34,218 nucleotides of DNA from Trichomonas gallinae (Eukaryota), in assembly GCA_008369845.1 (NCBI GenBank), contig MRSU01010174.1, positions 1 to 34,218 on the forward strand. Direction: 5' to 3'. Of the stretch, positions 30,868-34,218 are shown piece by piece. The position numbers and the translations under genes were made by a program. Position 1 is the stretch's first letter. The number at the start of each line of letters is the position of its first letter. The notes below the pieces were generated by a model. The model was not told the DNA's origin, did not search any database, and was given only the letters and a program-made list of their open reading frames with translations.

Positions 30868-31436
30868 ATATCTAAGTATATATGAAAATGTCTTTATCAT
30901 AGTGAAATAAAATTTGATTTAAAAATTTTCGATTTTATATCAAATATTGAAAGGTCAGCATTATGACACAAATAAGCGAACTATCCAAATTACAAAAGGT
31001 GAATGATTTGTTTTCAATTATTATTATAATATTTTGTTATTTTAATGATCAAGAGTTGTAAAATTAGTTGTGAATTATGTTGTCACATAAAATAATCATT
31101 CACAGTTCAAATCATGTATTCACTTAACTTTGATTTAATATAATTCATTAATGTTCATTAACAAAGCATATTTACAAAAGAATCATACACAATAATTACC
31201 AAATATATATCTTATGAAAACTATTTTGCAGATTTAATTCAAAAATTCCAAATCTGAAAAATAAAAATGCAATAAAACCTAGTATGATTTTTATATATAT
31301 ATATACATTACATTACCTTCAATGCCATTGTGAATTCATAATTTTATATTATCTCAGGTAAAATCAAGTTAATAACTCTTTTATGAAAGAATAAAAAATG
31401 AAAACATAAAATATTTAAACAGAACAAATAATAGTA

Positions 31437-33944
31437 TTATTCGATAAGTCCAGAACCTAGTCTTTTGGCAACTTTGATTGTTTGACCGAAAACAGTCTGA
31501 GGAGGGAAGCAGACTGATCCTGAGTCTTCTTCATGCTTGAACCAGACGTCATCAACGAGCATTCCAACAACTAATGCAGTTCCCTCTGGAGTTTCCACTG
31601 TATCGCCTGGCTTGACCCTTCTGCCGCAGAATGACTCGAGACAGATATCAAACTGACACTCGAGATTTCGAAGAGTCTTGTCAGTTCGTTTATAGACGAT
31701 TCCAGCCCTGTAGGCAACTTCCCAATCATCTGAATCGTTGATGATTTTCTCTGAGATCTCTTTAGTTTCGGTATTCATTAATTTAAACTTGTTTCCATAT
31801 TCATAACCTAAAACTAAGTAAAATTCATGTGATATTTCGGCTACATCACCTGGGTTTATCTTCTCTTCTTCGAAATATTCATGATTGACAAGGAAATTGT
31901 CAACAGATTTTGGAATATTACTAAATCTTCGGATTAATCTGCAATTCGTCAACTCTGAGAGAACTGCGCCGCCATTTAATATGTACGCATCATCATATTC
32001 TAGCCAGTACTTGCCATTTGTAAGAGATTTACCAAGAACTGTTGCGAAGCCTCTCTTAGTCAAAATTCTATCAAGAGGCCAAATATCATCGGTTTCTTTA
32101 TATGAAATGTCAGCTTCTACAACTTTTCCGTTCAATGATAAAATTGATTGACGAACTGGCGTATTTAGCTTCCTACGCTTAACAATTAATGATGACGGGA
32201 GCATCATAGAAACGAATCCACCGGTTATAGACTTAACGACAGCATTATGCAAAAATGATCCAATAACATAATAGTAACTGTCACCGTTGGACACTATATC
32301 TCCAGTCATTATTCCATATTCCATCAACAAGTTGCAAGGCGAAGTTTCAACATTCGCAATTTTTCCTGGTGAAAACTCAACTCTTATGATTGATCTTGTT
32401 GATTCAGTGATTTTTAGGAGTGTGTGAACTTGTAGAGGGTCAACAAGTTCAGATCTTGACGCATCCCAATTATCTGCTTTGAATCCGAACCAAATCGCGC
32501 CGCCGAGAACCCCATAAACAACACCTTCTCCAAGAAGTTCATGCGCAACCTTTTCACCTGCTAAAAAGCCGTGAACTTGGCACTTTTGAGGATTCTGATC
32601 AAAAATGTATTTAATGTCGCTTCGTCCGTATTTTTCTATGAATGGACCGCCATTCTTTCTGCTGACAAGCTTGAAAATGGCATGATAGCTAGAATATTCT
32701 TTTTCATTAGCCATCGTAATTTCTCCTGATTCTTTACGCAAAGCAACTTCATTGGAATAAATCAAACCTTCTATAGTCATTTTTTGTCCATCGGACATCT
32801 CTACAACGTCGCCTCTTTCGAATCCCAAAATATTAAAACTTGCATCTGTGACATCAACGACTAAGTTATTGGCTATAGACTCGAATACACGTGGATAAGT
32901 CGATGATGCAGAGCTCAAACCTAAAATCGGATGAGGAATAATCGTTCTCATTCCTGTAGCTACGATAACATGTGAGCAGCCTGCTGATATGAAGCAGATT
33001 CTCTTCCTCTTCAACAGTGCGCATGGACAGAAAACGTTCGATGAATCTATATGATCCTGCATCAAACGCGAATCATCGCCGTCGCCTGTTGAGAAGACTT
33101 CTCCTTGTTCTGTGAGAACGTATGACATAGCATCTCCGACTGATACCTTCGTGATTGTGTTATCTGTGAAATCTGGAATTCTAACAAAAGTATTTGAAAC
33201 TTTAATGACAGGACCTAATCCAGCCTGTCCGCTCTTGTTATATCCAGCTGCCCAGAGGTGGTTCTCTGTATCCAGAAGGAAAGAAGTATGATTGTATGCG
33301 AAAACTCTTGCAATTGTTGGATTTCCTTCAATATTGACTGGTTTTGGTATCATGCTGCTGAATTTATGTCCTTGGCCGCAGGCTTTGCCTTTGCCCCAAG
33401 AAAAAACGCGTCCATCGTTGGACAAAGCTATGAATTGATTTTCACCTGCAGCAGCATCAACGAAAGTAATATTTTTGCACTCGTATTTCATTTCAGAGCG
33501 ACCTGTTTCGCAGAAGTATATGCCCGGACCGTCGGGAATTGCAACAAGAGACTGCTGTCCAGCTGCAACGAAAGAAATGTGATGTTCGAGTGTCTTTTTT
33601 GTAGGAAAACGGCCGTAGTCGTGGCCCATTGTGTATAAAAAGCCGTCCTCTGAGACAATTGCTGTAAATTTATCACCGCAAACAAAAATTGTTGGAATTA
33701 TATCTTTTAAGTGCGGTAATGGATGCATTTTGTCGGTGTCTGCGCTTGTATATCCCATTTGATTGAATTCGTTATCACCACAGCCGTACCATTGGTTAGA
33801 TGAAGTGTAGAAAATATTAAATTTCCATCCGCAAGCGTAATATATAATGTCTGGTGGTGCATTCATGATTTCCGCAAGTTTCGCCGTGCCAGTACGACAT
33901 AGTCTACTGCCGGTATAACCGGCACTCGATAGTGAATATGTCAT
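31437..33944 (-). CDS. RCC1-repeat protein with a repetitive beta-rich C-terminal half
   Basis: aa 1-330 carry RCC1 signatures (YGCGDNEFNQMG, AAGENQFIALSNDGRVFSWG, WAAGYNKSGQAGLG, ISAGCSHVIV). aa ~355-835 hold six ~80-aa repeats. Confidence 0.9.
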   Translation of the reverse strand: MTYSLSSAGYTGSRLCRTGTAKLAEIMNAPPDIIYYACGWKFNIFYTSSNQWYGCGDNEFNQMGYTSADTDKMHPLPHLKDIIPTIFVCGDKFTAIVSEDGFLYTMGHDYGRFPTKKTLEHHISFVAAGQQSLVAIPDGPGIYFCETGRSEMKYECKNITFVDAAAGENQFIALSNDGRVFSWGKGKACGQGHKFSSMIPKPVNIEGNPTIARVFAYNHTSFLLDTENHLWAAGYNKSGQAGLGPVIKVSNTFVRIPDFTDNTITKVSVGDAMSYVLTEQGEVFSTGDGDDSRLMQDHIDSSNVFCPCALLKRKRICFISAGCSHVIVATGMRTIIPHPILGLSSASSTYPRVFESIANNLVVDVTDASFNILGFERGDVVEMSDGQKMTIEGLIYSNEVALRKESGEITMANEKEYSSYHAIFKLVSRKNGGPFIEKYGRSDIKYIFDQNPQKCQVHGFLAGEKVAHELLGEGVVYGVLGGAIWFGFKADNWDASRSELVDPLQVHTLLKITESTRSIIRVEFSPGKIANVETSPCNLLMEYGIMTGDIVSNGDSYYYVIGSFLHNAVVKSITGGFVSMMLPSSLIVKRRKLNTPVRQSILSLNGKVVEADISYKETDDIWPLDRILTKRGFATVLGKSLTNGKYWLEYDDAYILNGGAVLSELTNCRLIRRFSNIPKSVDNFLVNHEYFEEEKINPGDVAEISHEFYLVLGYEYGNKFKLMNTETKEISEKIINDSDDWEVAYRAGIVYKRTDKTLRNLECQFDICLESFCGRRVKPGDTVETPEGTALVVGMLVDDVWFKHEEDSGSVCFPPQTVFGQTIKVAKRLGSGLIE

Positions 33945-34218
33945 CTATTTTATTTTGATTTTTTTGTGGATAAAAAAATTATCTCTTATCATATAGTTTT
34001 AAAATGATAAAATAATGATTTTTAAAATTTATGTCAAATTGACAAAATTTTATAATTTACATGGCAGAAAACCATTCATAGTATTTTATCATTCCTTTAT
34101 TCCTTGTGATGCATTATAACAATGATGAGTAGATGATAAATGGACTTTAGTCCTATTGTCTCCGGTAGCCGGCTAACCCCCTCGAATTTCGGCAATCGGC
34201 CAAAATGGCTAAGGCCCA

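Overview
AT-rich, compact eukaryotic DNA with apparently intronless genes. The gene families and core-promoter motifs (Inr-like TCATT/TCACT, M2-like AAAGTGAC) point to a parabasalid, most likely Trichomonas vaginalis or a close relative (inference). About 14 credible protein genes are present: NAD kinase, a GT-A-like putative glycosyltransferase, an M24 Xaa-Pro peptidase, a SYP7-like Qc-SNARE, a Rim15/IRE/MAST-type AGC kinase, a chromo-shadow-like protein, AP-3 delta adaptin, a 2208-aa TOR-like PIKK, a BAR/SH3-like protein, an ankyrin protein, a small Cys/His-motif protein, an RCC1-repeat protein and two hypotheticals. At least three decayed gene relics lie in the long ORF-free gaps. No rRNA, intact tRNA, CRISPR array or transposase was found, and I cannot support a single coherent new multi-gene system. 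The best leads are: (i) a recurrent, roughly 20-bp-phased TTACATG(A/T)CA array upstream of several genes; (ii) an RCC1 protein whose C-terminal half is six ~80-aa Tudor/SH3-like repeats; (iii) a SNARE with Leu at the zero layer; (iv) a TOR paralogue with altered FRB and FATC; and (v) an ankyrin gene whose last repeat continues past its stop codon.
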